From Rugosimonospora sp. (GTDB lineage: Bacteria; Actinomycetota; Actinomycetes; Mycobacteriales; Micromonosporaceae): 64,000 nt of DNA. The notes under the pieces are model-generated. The model made no database searches and was not told the DNA's origin. It saw only the letters and a program-made list of their open reading frames with translations. The position numbers were made by a program, and so were the translations under genes. The stretch spans positions 797 to 64,796 of the forward strand of contig DASXOA010000078.1 of NCBI GenBank assembly GCA_036494675.1, written 5' to 3'. Positions 17,071-26,105 of the stretch are shown here, piece by piece (the stretch's first letter is position 1; each line of letters begins with the position of its first letter).

Positions 17071-19701
17071 TCAGACGCTGACCCTGGCCGTGCGCATCTT
17101 CTTCCTCGCTACGCGGCGACCGCCCGGCGACGCCACCGGCCCCCGGTCCGCAGCGGTCGTCGCCGGTGGGTGCGTGGTCAGGCTGACCACGAGGTCGACC
17201 GCGACCAGGACCAGCGCCGGGAAGGCCAGCGACAGGTAGTACAGATGATCGGCCCGGTTGCTGAACACGACGAGCACCAGGCCGGCGGCTAGGGTACCGG
17301 CCGCCATCCAGCTCCACTCCTGCCCGCGCCGTAGCAGCAGTGCGGCCAGCGTCAGCACGCAGCAGGCCAGGAAGATGCGGTCCCCGGTGATCTGGGTCAG
17401 CTCGGGCCGCGCCAGGTGTCCGATCACCCGACCGAACCACCCGGTGCTGTTCCAGAACCAGGAGTGCGGGTACTGCGCCCGGCGGCCGGCCACCCACAGG
17501 TCGGCCAGGACACTGCCCGCGCCCAGTACCAGGGCGATCAGCCCGTACGGCAGCCAGGCCGCCGCCCTGCCCCGCCACACGGCGACCGGGCAGGCGACCA
17601 GTACCCCGACGACCACGATGATGCTGCGGTACTGGACCGCCAGCGCGACGGCGAGCAGCACGGCGAAGCCGGTCAGCGAGGCGGCGCGGGGCAGCCCGCC
17701 CCACCCGCCGGGCAGCATCGCCAGGCAGCCGATGATGGCCAGCAGCGCGAGGGCGGACCGGGACGCGCTGATGCTCATGGAAACCACCGAGGCGGACAGG
17801 ATCAGCCCGATTCCCGCCAGCGCCCCGGCCACGGCCCCGCCCCGGCGCGCGGCGAGCGCGACGATCGCCGGTACCGCGACGGTGAAGGCGGCCAGCGCGG
17901 GAATCTTGTATCCGTGCTGGTGCGACGAGCGGGCGATCGTCACGTAGATCACGATCAGGTACATGACCGCCAGCAGCCCCCAACCGGCCGGCGGCAGCGC
18001 GGCCACCCGCGCGAGCCGCCGGCCCCAGCCCGCTCCGGCGATCCGCTGGCGCCAGCGCGCGCAGGTGATCCGCTCGCGCCAGCGCTGCCGGTCGCGACGC
18101 GGCTCGCGCTGCCGGTCGTGCTGCAGGTCACGGCGCGGCTCGCGCAGCGGGTCAGGGCTCGGCTCACGGCCCGGCTCGTGCTGCCGGTCACGGCCCGGCT
18201 CGCGCTGCGCGTCGCGTTCCGTGTCCGGCTCCGGCTCGGGTCGTGTGTCCCGCTGCATGTGTTGGGTGTCCGGCTGCGCCTCGTGCCGGATGCCCGGCTG
18301 CGTCTCGGGCCGAGTGTCCCGCTGCGCCTGCCGGGTGTCCGGCTGCGCCTCGTGCCCGGTGCCCGGCTGCGCCTCCCCCGGCGCCTCGCTGCCGCTGGCG
18401 GCCGCCGCGGGCGCGCCGGCGAGATCCTCCGGTGACAGCGCGGCCTCCCCCACCGCCTCGGTCGACCGGCTCGGCCGGGTACCCCGTGCCGAGGTCAGGT
18501 CGGCGATCAGCGCGAGGACACACAGCACCATCAGCGGTACGACCGGGACGAAGTACCGGAAGTAGGTCGGGTCGACGATGAGGATGGCCAACGCCAGGGT
18601 GGACGCCGACATCCCGATCAACATGATGCTCAGCTCGCTGCGGAACCGCCAGAACGCCGAGATCAGGGCGAACACCACGATGACGATGAGCAACAGGTCG
18701 AACGCCCGCACGTACCGGTAGTCGACGTGGAGCATGTTGCGCAGCACCTTCGGTACCGCGGCGAACCCGTCGGTGTTGAAGACTCTCTCGGTCACCCGCT
18801 GGTAGCGCTGCGTCAGGCTGAGCGAGTCGCCGCCGTACAGGTGGGACGCCACGACGTTCTGCACCGCCAGGCTGGCCACCGTCAGTACGGCGGACACCAC
18901 GGCGAAGGACAGCCACGGGTTGCGTACCCGCCGGTCGCGGATGGCGACCATGAGCCAGGTGAGCAGGATGCCGGCGGTGATGGTCACGGCGAACTGGCGG
19001 GTGAACAGCCCCAGTTCCAGGAGGATCGCGAACCAGAGCAGGTCGCGGCGGCGGGCGCGGCGGGCCAGCGGAAGGCAGAGCATGCCGGCCACGGTGAACA
19101 TCAGGGCGGTGGCGTCGGTCAGCGCATACAGGCCGAAGCGGGACGGCAGCGGCGGCAGAAGAACCATGGCGCCGGCGGCAACCCCCCACCACCGTCCCCA
19201 GAGCCGGGCGGCCAGAATCGCCAGCAACGCGGCGCCCACGCCGTAGGACAGCACCGGCACGACCAGCATGCCGTTGGGGCCGAACAGCCCGACGAAAGGG
19301 GCGGACAGGAGGGGATACAGGACCCTGGGGCCGACGACCGCCCCGTTGTCGCCGTGGAAGAACGAATGCTCGTACCCTGGCGGCCAGCAGAAGCCGCACG
19401 TGGTCAGCCCGTACCGGCCGCGCAGGTGGGCCGCCGTACGGTGCGCCGCGGCAGTGTCCGAGTACCCGAGGTACCGGTACGCCCACGCGAGGTACAGCCG
19501 CGAATCGCTGATCCACAGCGCCCGGTTCAGGTACGTGCTCACCTGCGAGGCGAGGAACGCGCCGGCCAGCAACGCCCAGCCGGCACGCGGGATCACCGAC
19601 CACGATGCCCGCACCCGGGCGGCGAACGTTCGCAGACGCGAAAGTCCGGCCGTCCGACCGGCGGTGTCCACCCGATCGGCGGTCGCAGATTGATCAACCA
19701 T
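17071..19701 (-). CDS. Two-domain polytopic membrane protein (paralog B1): N-terminal ArnT/PMT-like GT-C domain, charged linker, second multi-TM domain
   Basis: 876 aa. The N-domain (…LYPLLSAPFVGLFGPNGMLVVPVLSYGVGAALLAILAARLWGRWWG…LYALTDATALMFTVAGMLCLPLARRARRRDLLWFAILLELGLFTRQF…) resembles GT39/GT83-type enzymes. It is strongly similar to 40275..42548. Confidence 0.7.
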   Translation of the reverse strand: MVDQSATADRVDTAGRTAGLSRLRTFAARVRASWSVIPRAGWALLAGAFLASQVSTYLNRALWISDSRLYLAWAYRYLGYSDTAAAHRTAAHLRGRYGLTTCGFCWPPGYEHSFFHGDNGAVVGPRVLYPLLSAPFVGLFGPNGMLVVPVLSYGVGAALLAILAARLWGRWWGVAAGAMVLLPPLPSRFGLYALTDATALMFTVAGMLCLPLARRARRRDLLWFAILLELGLFTRQFAVTITAGILLTWLMVAIRDRRVRNPWLSFAVVSAVLTVASLAVQNVVASHLYGGDSLSLTQRYQRVTERVFNTDGFAAVPKVLRNMLHVDYRYVRAFDLLLIVIVVFALISAFWRFRSELSIMLIGMSASTLALAILIVDPTYFRYFVPVVPLMVLCVLALIADLTSARGTRPSRSTEAVGEAALSPEDLAGAPAAAASGSEAPGEAQPGTGHEAQPDTRQAQRDTRPETQPGIRHEAQPDTQHMQRDTRPEPEPDTERDAQREPGRDRQHEPGREPSPDPLREPRRDLQHDRQREPRRDRQRWRERITCARWRQRIAGAGWGRRLARVAALPPAGWGLLAVMYLIVIYVTIARSSHQHGYKIPALAAFTVAVPAIVALAARRGGAVAGALAGIGLILSASVVSMSISASRSALALLAIIGCLAMLPGGWGGLPRAASLTGFAVLLAVALAVQYRSIIVVVGVLVACPVAVWRGRAAAWLPYGLIALVLGAGSVLADLWVAGRRAQYPHSWFWNSTGWFGRVIGHLARPELTQITGDRIFLACCVLTLAALLLRRGQEWSWMAAGTLAAGLVLVVFSNRADHLYYLSLAFPALVLVAVDLVVSLTTHPPATTAADRGPVASPGGRRVARKKMRTARVSV

Positions 19702-20016
19702 TGGCGAAAGACCCTGAATCGTCGTTGAGGCGATCCGGTCTTACCCACCATCGCGAAAGGGAATCGCGTCATGAGCGATCTCGGCGGTCGTTTCGAGGAC
19801 CCGTACCGCGAGGTCGCGCAGGCCGTGCCCGGCTCACCCGATCCGGGCGATGACCGGGTGCGCCGACGCCCGACCGGGAACAGTTCCGCGGGCCGCACCG
19901 CGAGCGCACGTTCGGTCGGGACGGGCACGCACCGGACACGCGTCGCGCACGCACCGCGGCGGGAATCGCCACCGACCGGGGATCATCACGTCATCGCAGG
20001 GAGCGAACACCGCCGC

Positions 20017-20067
20017 GGGCACGATTGCCGCCACGGGCACGATTGCCGCCAGGCGCACCATCGCCAG
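20017..20067. repeat. About 2.8 copies of an 18-bp tandem repeat in the prcA-B1 spacer
   Basis: gggcacgattgccgccac / gggcacgattgccgccag / gcgcaccatcgccag. Confidence 0.85.
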
Positions 20068-20179
20068 TCATCCACGCCGAACCCCGCGCCCCGGGACGAA
20101 AGACGGCATCGGCTGGCAGCCGCCGGCGCCGAGACCGCTCCGGGATGGGGCGTCGCGGTGCCGGCGGGTGCCCGCGGTA

Positions 20180-21127
20180 TCAGTCGGTCTCGGTGGCCTG
20201 CGGGTCCGGACCGGCGTCCTCGTCGCGCGGCGCGGTGGGCCCGTCGTCCGACCCGGTCGCCTCGACGCTCGGCGCGGTGGCCTCGGCGTCCGCCTCCGGC
20301 GCCCCGGTGGACGCGCCCGACTCGGCCTCCGGTGCCGCCGAGCCGGCATCGGTCGCGGTCGCCTCGGTGCCCGGCTCCGCCGCCTTCACGTCGTCCCCGC
20401 CAGGCTCCCCGGGGGCGGTCGGCTCTTCCGGCACCTCCAGGAGCGCGGTCAGCGCCTGGTCGGTGAGCCGGCGGAACGCACGACCCCGGCGGCGGCGGTC
20501 GAGGATCGCGACCTCCAGCTGCGCGGCGGTCAGCGTGCGGGGTGCGTTCCCCTCGCCGCCCACACTGCCCAGTGCCTCGACGGCCAGCCGCAGCGCGACC
20601 TCCAGGGACATGCCGCCGTCGTGCCGCTGGCGCAGGCCGCCGGAGATGGACTCCGCCTGGCCGCCCATGGCGACGACGCCCGGCTCGTGCTGGACCGAAC
20701 CGTCGTACGTGAGCCGGTACAGCTCGTCCTGCTCCGGCGTGGCGCCGACCTGGGCCACGCAGATCTCCACCTCGAACGGCTTGGACTGCTCGGTGAAGAT
20801 GGCGCCGAGCATCTGCGCGTAGAAGTTCGCCAGGGCACGACCGGTGACGTCGCGCCGGTCGTAGGAGTATCCGCGCAGGTCCGCCAGGCGTACCCCGGCG
20901 GCGCGCAGGTTCTCGTACTCGTTGTACCGGCCGACGGCCGCGAACCCGATCCGGTCGTAGAGCTCGCTCACCTTGTGCAGCGCGGTCGACACGTTCTCCG
21001 CCACGAACAGCACGCCGCCCTCGTAGGTGAGCACGACGACGCTGCGGCCGCGCGCGATGCCCTTGCGCGCGTACTCCGAGCGGTCTCGCATGATCTGCTC
21101 AGGCGAGGCGTAGAACTGCATGGCCAC
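20180..21127 (-). CDS. prcA: Proteasome alpha subunit with a long acidic C-terminal tail
   Basis: [75 protein letters not shown]..., followed by a tail of about 85 aa rich in E/D/A/P/T. Confidence 0.95.
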   Translation of the reverse strand: MAMQFYASPEQIMRDRSEYARKGIARGRSVVVLTYEGGVLFVAENVSTALHKVSELYDRIGFAAVGRYNEYENLRAAGVRLADLRGYSYDRRDVTGRALANFYAQMLGAIFTEQSKPFEVEICVAQVGATPEQDELYRLTYDGSVQHEPGVVAMGGQAESISGGLRQRHDGGMSLEVALRLAVEALGSVGGEGNAPRTLTAAQLEVAILDRRRRGRAFRRLTDQALTALLEVPEEPTAPGEPGGDDVKAAEPGTEATATDAGSAAPEAESGASTGAPEADAEATAPSVEATGSDDGPTAPRDEDAGPDPQATETD

Positions 21128-21211
21128 AGCTGGCGGTCTCCTCGGTCTCGACGATCGGTGGGGGACGGTTCGGTGCGGGATGGTGCGGTGCGGTACGGGT
21201 CAGCGCGGCGC

Positions 21212-22051
21212 TCAGCCGCCGGGGTTCTCCATGCGGCGGGCCACCACTGCCTGGGACACCGCCGCGGTCTGCTCGTCGGAGATCCGGCGGGTGCCCTCGG
21301 CACTGGCCGTCATCACGACCGGGAAGATGCGGCGGGTCAGGTCCGGGCCACCCGTCGCGGTGTCGTCGTCGGCCGCGTCGTAGAGCGCCTCCACCGCGAG
21401 GGTGATCGCCTCCTCCACGTCCAGGCCGGGCCGGTACCGCTTCTTCAGAGCCGCCTTGGCGAACAGCGACCCCGAGCCGATCCCGTCGTAGCCACGCTCC
21501 TCGTAGACGCCGCCGGCCACGTCGAAGCTGAAAATCCGGCCCGCCCGGCCCGGTTCGGCGGCGTCCAGGTCGTACCCGGCGAACAGCGGGATCACCGCGA
21601 GCCCCTGCAGCGCGGCGCCGAGGTTGTTACGGATCATCGTGGCCAGGCGGTTGGCCTTGCCGTCGATCGAGAGCATCGCGCCCTCGATCTTCTCGTAGTG
21701 CTCCAGCTCCACCTGGAACAGCCGCATCAGCTCGATCCCGACGCCGGCCGTCCCGGCGATGCCGACCAGCGAGAACTCGTCGGCCGCATGGACCTTCTCG
21801 ATGTCCCGGCTGGCGATGAGGTTGCCCATCGTGGCCCGCCGGTCGCCGGCCATCAGCACGCCTTCGGCGCAGGTGATCGCGATGATCGTGGTGGCGTGTG
21901 GGGCGATGTCGGCGCTGATCCCCGCCGGCAGCGGCCTGCGGCCGGGCAGCAACTCCGGCGCGGCGGCACCCAGAAACTCGCTGAACGACGAGAGGCCGGG
22001 CGCGGTGAACGCCGCCGGTAGCCGCCAGGATGGATCAAGACCCGCTGCCAC
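21212..22051 (-). CDS. prcB: Proteasome beta subunit (with propeptide)
   Basis: 279 aa. The propeptide ends before the catalytic Thr in ...[31 protein letters not shown]... Confidence 0.95.
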   Translation of the reverse strand: MAAGLDPSWRLPAAFTAPGLSSFSEFLGAAAPELLPGRRPLPAGISADIAPHATTIIAITCAEGVLMAGDRRATMGNLIASRDIEKVHAADEFSLVGIAGTAGVGIELMRLFQVELEHYEKIEGAMLSIDGKANRLATMIRNNLGAALQGLAVIPLFAGYDLDAAEPGRAGRIFSFDVAGGVYEERGYDGIGSGSLFAKAALKKRYRPGLDVEEAITLAVEALYDAADDDTATGGPDLTRRIFPVVMTASAEGTRRISDEQTAAVSQAVVARRMENPGG

Positions 22052-22183
22052 GTGTGTTCCCTTCAGGTACGCGATCAGACTGCCGCTGCGCCATCGACAT
22101 CCGCGACGGCGAGTTCACCGTTGCCACCGCGGCCGCCCCGAGGAGATGGGACCCGTTGAGAGTACAGTCCCGATGATCCGGTG

Positions 22184-22402
22184 CTACTGGCCGCCCTTCT
22201 GGACGTATCCGCGCACGAACTCCTCGGCGTTTTCTTCCAGCACCGAGTCAATCTCGTCGAGCAGGTCGTCGACGTCCTCGGTCAGCTTTTCCTGCCTCTC
22301 GGCGACCTCTGGGTCGACCGCCGGCGCCCCGGCGTCGTCGACTTCCTCGTCGCGCCGGCTGCGACCCGACTGCGACTGTCCGCCCGTGTCCCGGGTTGCC
22401 AT
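22184..22402 (-). CDS. pup: Prokaryotic ubiquitin-like protein Pup
   Basis: 72 aa, MATRDTGGQSQSGRSRRDEEVDD...LLDEIDSVLEENAEEFVRGYVQKGGQ, with a C-terminal GGQ. An AGGAGG sequence lies 5 nt upstream of ATG 22402. Confidence 0.95.
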   Translation of the reverse strand: MATRDTGGQSQSGRSRRDEEVDDAGAPAVDPEVAERQEKLTEDVDDLLDEIDSVLEENAEEFVRGYVQKGGQ

Positions 22403-22723
22403 CGTTGCCTCCTGCTTGCTGCGCGGCCCCGCCTGCGTGCCCTGTGCGACCAACTTACCGCGCCCGTCGACCCCGGTCCCACCGACGCGACGTCCCGCCG
22501 CCCGCCACGCGGGGCCGCTGACCTGCCCGGTGGGGCCGGCGGTTTCGCCCATGGCGTAACGTTCGCGCCGCGTCCGGGGCGCCGGGATGCGGCGCCGGCG
22601 GTGGTCGCGCCGGTCCGGCAGCGGTGGACGGTCGACAGCCCCACGGGACGGGGCACGGCGGTCCGGTGGGGGCACCGGGCGGAACTCAGGGCTCGTGGGG
22701 GCCGGCGGTGGCGGGCAGCGGAC

Positions 22724-24232
22724 TCAGGGCCCGGTGAGGGCCTCCAGGAGGTCCTTCGCGCTCGGGCAGCGGTCGAACAGGGCGCCGACGTGCGCCTTCG
22801 TGCCACGCAACGGCTCCATCATCGGTACCCGTACCAGCGACTCCCGGCCGACATCGAAGATCACCGAGTCCCAGCTCGCCGCGACCACCTCGGACGCGTA
22901 CTGCGCCAGGCACCGCCCGCGGAAGTAGGCCCGGGTGTCCTCCGGCGGCTCGGTCATCGCCTCACGGACCTGCTCGGGGGTGAACAGCGTCTTCATCGAC
23001 CCCCGCGCCACCAGCCGGTGGTAGAGGCCCTTCTCCGGCCGGACATCGGAGTACTGGAGGTCGACCAGTTGCAGCTTGGGCGAGCCCCAGGCCAGGCTCT
23101 CCCGGTCCCGGTACCCTTCGAGCAGGCGCAGCTTGGCGACCCAGTCCAACTCGTCGGCACACGACATCGGGTCCCGGCCGAGCCGGTCCAGAACGGACTC
23201 CCACCGGCGCAGCACGTCGGTGGTCTGCTCGTCGCTGCCCCGGTTGTCCACGAAGGCCTGGGCCCGCTCCAGGAACGCCCACTGCAGATCGAGGGCGGTG
23301 AGCCGGCGGCCATCCCGCAGCTTGATCCGGTAGGTGAGGCTCGGGTCGTGGCTGACCTGCTTCAACTCGCCGACCGGATCGGTGATGCCCAGGTCGGCGG
23401 TCAGCGCCTTCTCCTCGATCATCTCCAGGATCAGCGAGGTCGTGCCGACCTTGAGGTACGTGGAGATCTCCGACAGGTTCGCGTCCCCGATGATCACATG
23501 GAGCCGCCGGTACTTGTCGGCATCCGCGTGCGGTTCGTCCCGAGTGTTGATGATCGGCCGCTTCAGGGTGGTCTCCAGGCCGACCTCGACCTCGAAGAAG
23601 TCGGCGCGCTGGGAGATCTGGAAGCCGGCGGTCGAGCCGTCCTGCCCGATGCCGACCCGGCCCGCCCCGCAGACGATCTGCCGGGTCACGAAGAACGGGG
23701 TCAGGAACTGCACGATGTCGGCGAACGGGGTCTGCCGGCGCATCAGGTAGTTCTCGTGAGCGCCGTAGCTGGCGCCCTTGTTGTCGGTGTTGTTCTTGTA
23801 CAGGTGGATCGGCGCGCTGCCCGGGATCGTCGCGGCCCGGCGGGCGGCCTCGGCCATCACCCGCTCCCCCGCCTTGTCCCAGAGCACGATGTCGCGCGGG
23901 CTGGTCACCTCGGGCGTCGAATACTCCGGGTGGGCATGGTCGACGTAGAGCCGAGCACCGTTGGTGAGGATGACGTTGGCCAGCCCGAGATCCTCGTCGG
24001 CCAACGCCTCGGAGGGGTCGTAGAGCGCGCCGGAGTAGGTGAAGCCGCGCGCGTCACGCAGCGGCGACTCCTCCTCGTAGTCCCACCGGGCCCGTCCGTT
24101 GCGCGACAACTCCGGCCGCGCGCCGTAGGCATTCACGATCTGAGACGAGGTCACCATCGGGTTGGCACCCGGCTGGCCCGGCACGGAGATGCCGTACTCG
24201 ATCTCGGTACCCATCACCCGGTGTACACCCAT
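22724..24232 (-). CDS. dop: Pup deamidase/depupylase Dop
   Basis: 502 aa, [37 protein letters not shown]...[21 protein letters not shown]... A PafA paralog with the Dop-type N-terminus. Confidence 0.95.
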   Translation of the reverse strand: MGVHRVMGTEIEYGISVPGQPGANPMVTSSQIVNAYGARPELSRNGRARWDYEEESPLRDARGFTYSGALYDPSEALADEDLGLANVILTNGARLYVDHAHPEYSTPEVTSPRDIVLWDKAGERVMAEAARRAATIPGSAPIHLYKNNTDNKGASYGAHENYLMRRQTPFADIVQFLTPFFVTRQIVCGAGRVGIGQDGSTAGFQISQRADFFEVEVGLETTLKRPIINTRDEPHADADKYRRLHVIIGDANLSEISTYLKVGTTSLILEMIEEKALTADLGITDPVGELKQVSHDPSLTYRIKLRDGRRLTALDLQWAFLERAQAFVDNRGSDEQTTDVLRRWESVLDRLGRDPMSCADELDWVAKLRLLEGYRDRESLAWGSPKLQLVDLQYSDVRPEKGLYHRLVARGSMKTLFTPEQVREAMTEPPEDTRAYFRGRCLAQYASEVVAASWDSVIFDVGRESLVRVPMMEPLRGTKAHVGALFDRCPSAKDLLEALTGP

Positions 24233-24322
24233 GCCCTGAGCCTAGTCGAGCCATGCCCGAAGGTCGTCGGCGCGCGGGGTCACATATCGGGGAAGTCCTC
24301 CGGTGTTGGCACGTCCGCCGGT

Positions 24323-24868
24323 CTAGCGGCGAAACGCCCAGTACTTGCTCATCTGATAGTTGATGATCGGTGACACCACAATGATGATCGCCTGGGCGAG
24401 GAGCACCGGTACGTGGCCCAACTCGATCAGCAACGGCAGGCCCACGAACGAGAACCCGAGCGCCCACAGGCACACCACGTAAAAGCGCAGGAACCCGGGC
24501 ACCCACGGGCCGGTGGTCCGGAAGACGAAGCGGCGGTACAGCGGGTAGGTCAGCATGCCGTTGAGGAAGTTCGCGATCACCGCCATCACCAGGTACGGGA
24601 TGTGGCCCTTCGAGAACAGCCAACCACCGGAGAAGATCCCGTAGTACACGACCGACGAGATGCCACCGACGATGATGTAGCGGATCCGCCGGTCGGCGGC
24701 CAGTGCCTTCACGAGCCCCACGAGAGAGCGCGGCCGCGCGGAATTCTCTCCGGGCGCAGTGCCGTCGCCGAGGTTCCCGGCCGGAACGGTGCCATCGACC
24801 GGAGCGGTGTTCTGGACCGGCACAGTGTCTTGGACCGGCACGGTGGCCGGTCGACGCAGGTCAGTCAC
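24323..24868 (-). CDS. GtrA-family membrane protein (candidate polyprenyl-P-sugar flippase)
   Basis: RIRYIIVGGISSVVYYGIFSG...NFLNGMLTYPLYRRFVFR...SPIINYQMSKYWAFRR. Four TM helices. The N-terminal 45 aa or so are low-complexity (TVPVQ repeats). The GTG start overlaps the aminotransferase stop by 8 nt. Confidence 0.8.
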   Translation of the reverse strand: MTDLRRPATVPVQDTVPVQNTAPVDGTVPAGNLGDGTAPGENSARPRSLVGLVKALAADRRIRYIIVGGISSVVYYGIFSGGWLFSKGHIPYLVMAVIANFLNGMLTYPLYRRFVFRTTGPWVPGFLRFYVVCLWALGFSFVGLPLLIELGHVPVLLAQAIIIVVSPIINYQMSKYWAFRR

Positions 24869-26018
24869 GGGTCTGGTAGTCCATCACCGAGTCGATGATG
24901 TAGTCGAGGTCGCCGTCCGACAGGCCGGCGAACATCGGCAGCCGGATCAGCCGGTCCGCGACGTCCTCGGTCACCGGGCAGCCCTCCGGTCCCACCCGCC
25001 CGTACTTGACGCCGGCGGGAGCCAGGTGCAGCGGCTGGTAGTGGAAGGTCCCGGTCACCGCCCGGGAGGCCAGGTGCTTGAGCAGCGCCTGGCGGCTCTC
25101 CAGGTCGGGCATCAGGAAGTAGTAGAGATGGGCCGGGTGGACCCGGTCCTCGGGCACCGTCGGCGCGACCGCGCCGTTCTCGGCCGCCCAGCCGGCGAGC
25201 CGGTCGTGGTACGCGTTCCACACCCGCATCCGCCGCCGCTGGATGTCCTCGAACGCCTCCAACTGGCCGGTCAGGTACGCGGCGAGCAGGTCGGAGGGCA
25301 GGAAGCTCGACCCGATGTCCATCCAGCGGTACTTGTCCACCATGCCGCGGAAGAACTGGCTCCGGTTGGTCCCCTTTTCCCGGATCACCTCGGCGCGCTC
25401 GACGAAGCGGGAGTCGTTGAAGACCAGGGCCCCGCCCTCGCCACACTGCACGTTCTTCGTCTCGTGGAAGCTCTGCGTGGCCATCGCACCGATCGAGCCC
25501 AGCTTGCGCCCCCGGTAGGTGCCGCCGATGCCGTGCGCGTTGTCCTCGATGACGACCAGGCCGTGCCGGGCGGCGATGTCGGTGATGGTGTCCATCTCGC
25601 AGGCCACGCCGGCGTAGTGCACCACCACGATCGCCTTGGTGCGCGGCGTGATCGCCGCCTCCACCTGCCGCTCGTCGAGGTTGAGCGTGTCCGGACGGCA
25701 GTCCACGAACACCGGGACCGCGCCGCGCAGCGCGTACGCGTTGGCCGTGGAGCAGAAGGTGAACGACGGCACGATCACCTCGTCGCCCGGGCCGAGGTCG
25801 AGCAGGATCGCCGACATGTCCAACGCGTGCGTGCAGGACGTCGTCAGCAGGGCGGAACGGGCGCCGACGAGCGACGTCAGCAGGGCGGTCGCCCGCTTGG
25901 TGAACGGGCCGTCACCGGCCAGTGGCCCTGACGTCATCGCCTGCTGCACATACCTGGTCTCGTTGCCGGCGAGGAACGTGCGGTTGAAAGGGATCGCCGG
26001 GCGAGTCGATGCGGTCAC
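24861..26018 (-). CDS. DegT/WecE-type dTDP-4-keto-6-deoxyhexose 4-aminotransferase
   Basis: 385 aa. Long collinear matches to E. coli WecE as I recall it: IPFNRTFLAGNETRYVQQAM, PSFTFCSTANA, VVVHYAGVACEMD, SFHETKN (PLP-binding Lys), EKGTNRSQFFRGMVDKYRWMDIGSSFLPSDL. Confidence 0.9.
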   Translation of the reverse strand: MTASTRPAIPFNRTFLAGNETRYVQQAMTSGPLAGDGPFTKRATALLTSLVGARSALLTTSCTHALDMSAILLDLGPGDEVIVPSFTFCSTANAYALRGAVPVFVDCRPDTLNLDERQVEAAITPRTKAIVVVHYAGVACEMDTITDIAARHGLVVIEDNAHGIGGTYRGRKLGSIGAMATQSFHETKNVQCGEGGALVFNDSRFVERAEVIREKGTNRSQFFRGMVDKYRWMDIGSSFLPSDLLAAYLTGQLEAFEDIQRRRMRVWNAYHDRLAGWAAENGAVAPTVPEDRVHPAHLYYFLMPDLESRQALLKHLASRAVTGTFHYQPLHLAPAGVKYGRVGPEGCPVTEDVADRLIRLPMFAGLSDGDLDYIIDSVMDYQTRD

Positions 26019-26105
26019 GGGGGGGCAACCTACCTATCTTCGAGCGAGCGCCTGCGGATGCTACCACTGAAGCAATCATCTTGTCCGATCCCTGACACTG
26101 GCACC

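Noticed and set aside
17046-17075. A direct 15-bp repeat (caccgccccgtcaga x2) at the convergent flippase/B1 junction. A similar case is the repeated cgtcaccgc motif at 40240-40290.
   Set aside because: These are short, have only 2-3 copies, and partly lie inside the 3' ends of coding regions. No function can be supported.
19834-20061. A 75-aa ORF (MVRLAAIVPVAAIVPAAVFAPC...) as a small secreted or lipoprotein gene downstream of prcA.
   Set aside because: After the hydrophobic repeat the sequence is Arg-rich. GC3 by my manual count is about 79%, which by eye is lower than in neighbouring genes. There is no Shine-Dalgarno sequence. It is kept only as a note inside the spacer finding.
22184-22675. 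An N-terminally extended Pup of 163 aa.
   Set aside because: The extension is Arg/Gly/Pro-rich. The canonical 72-aa Pup begins at ATG 22402, directly behind a strong AGGAGG.
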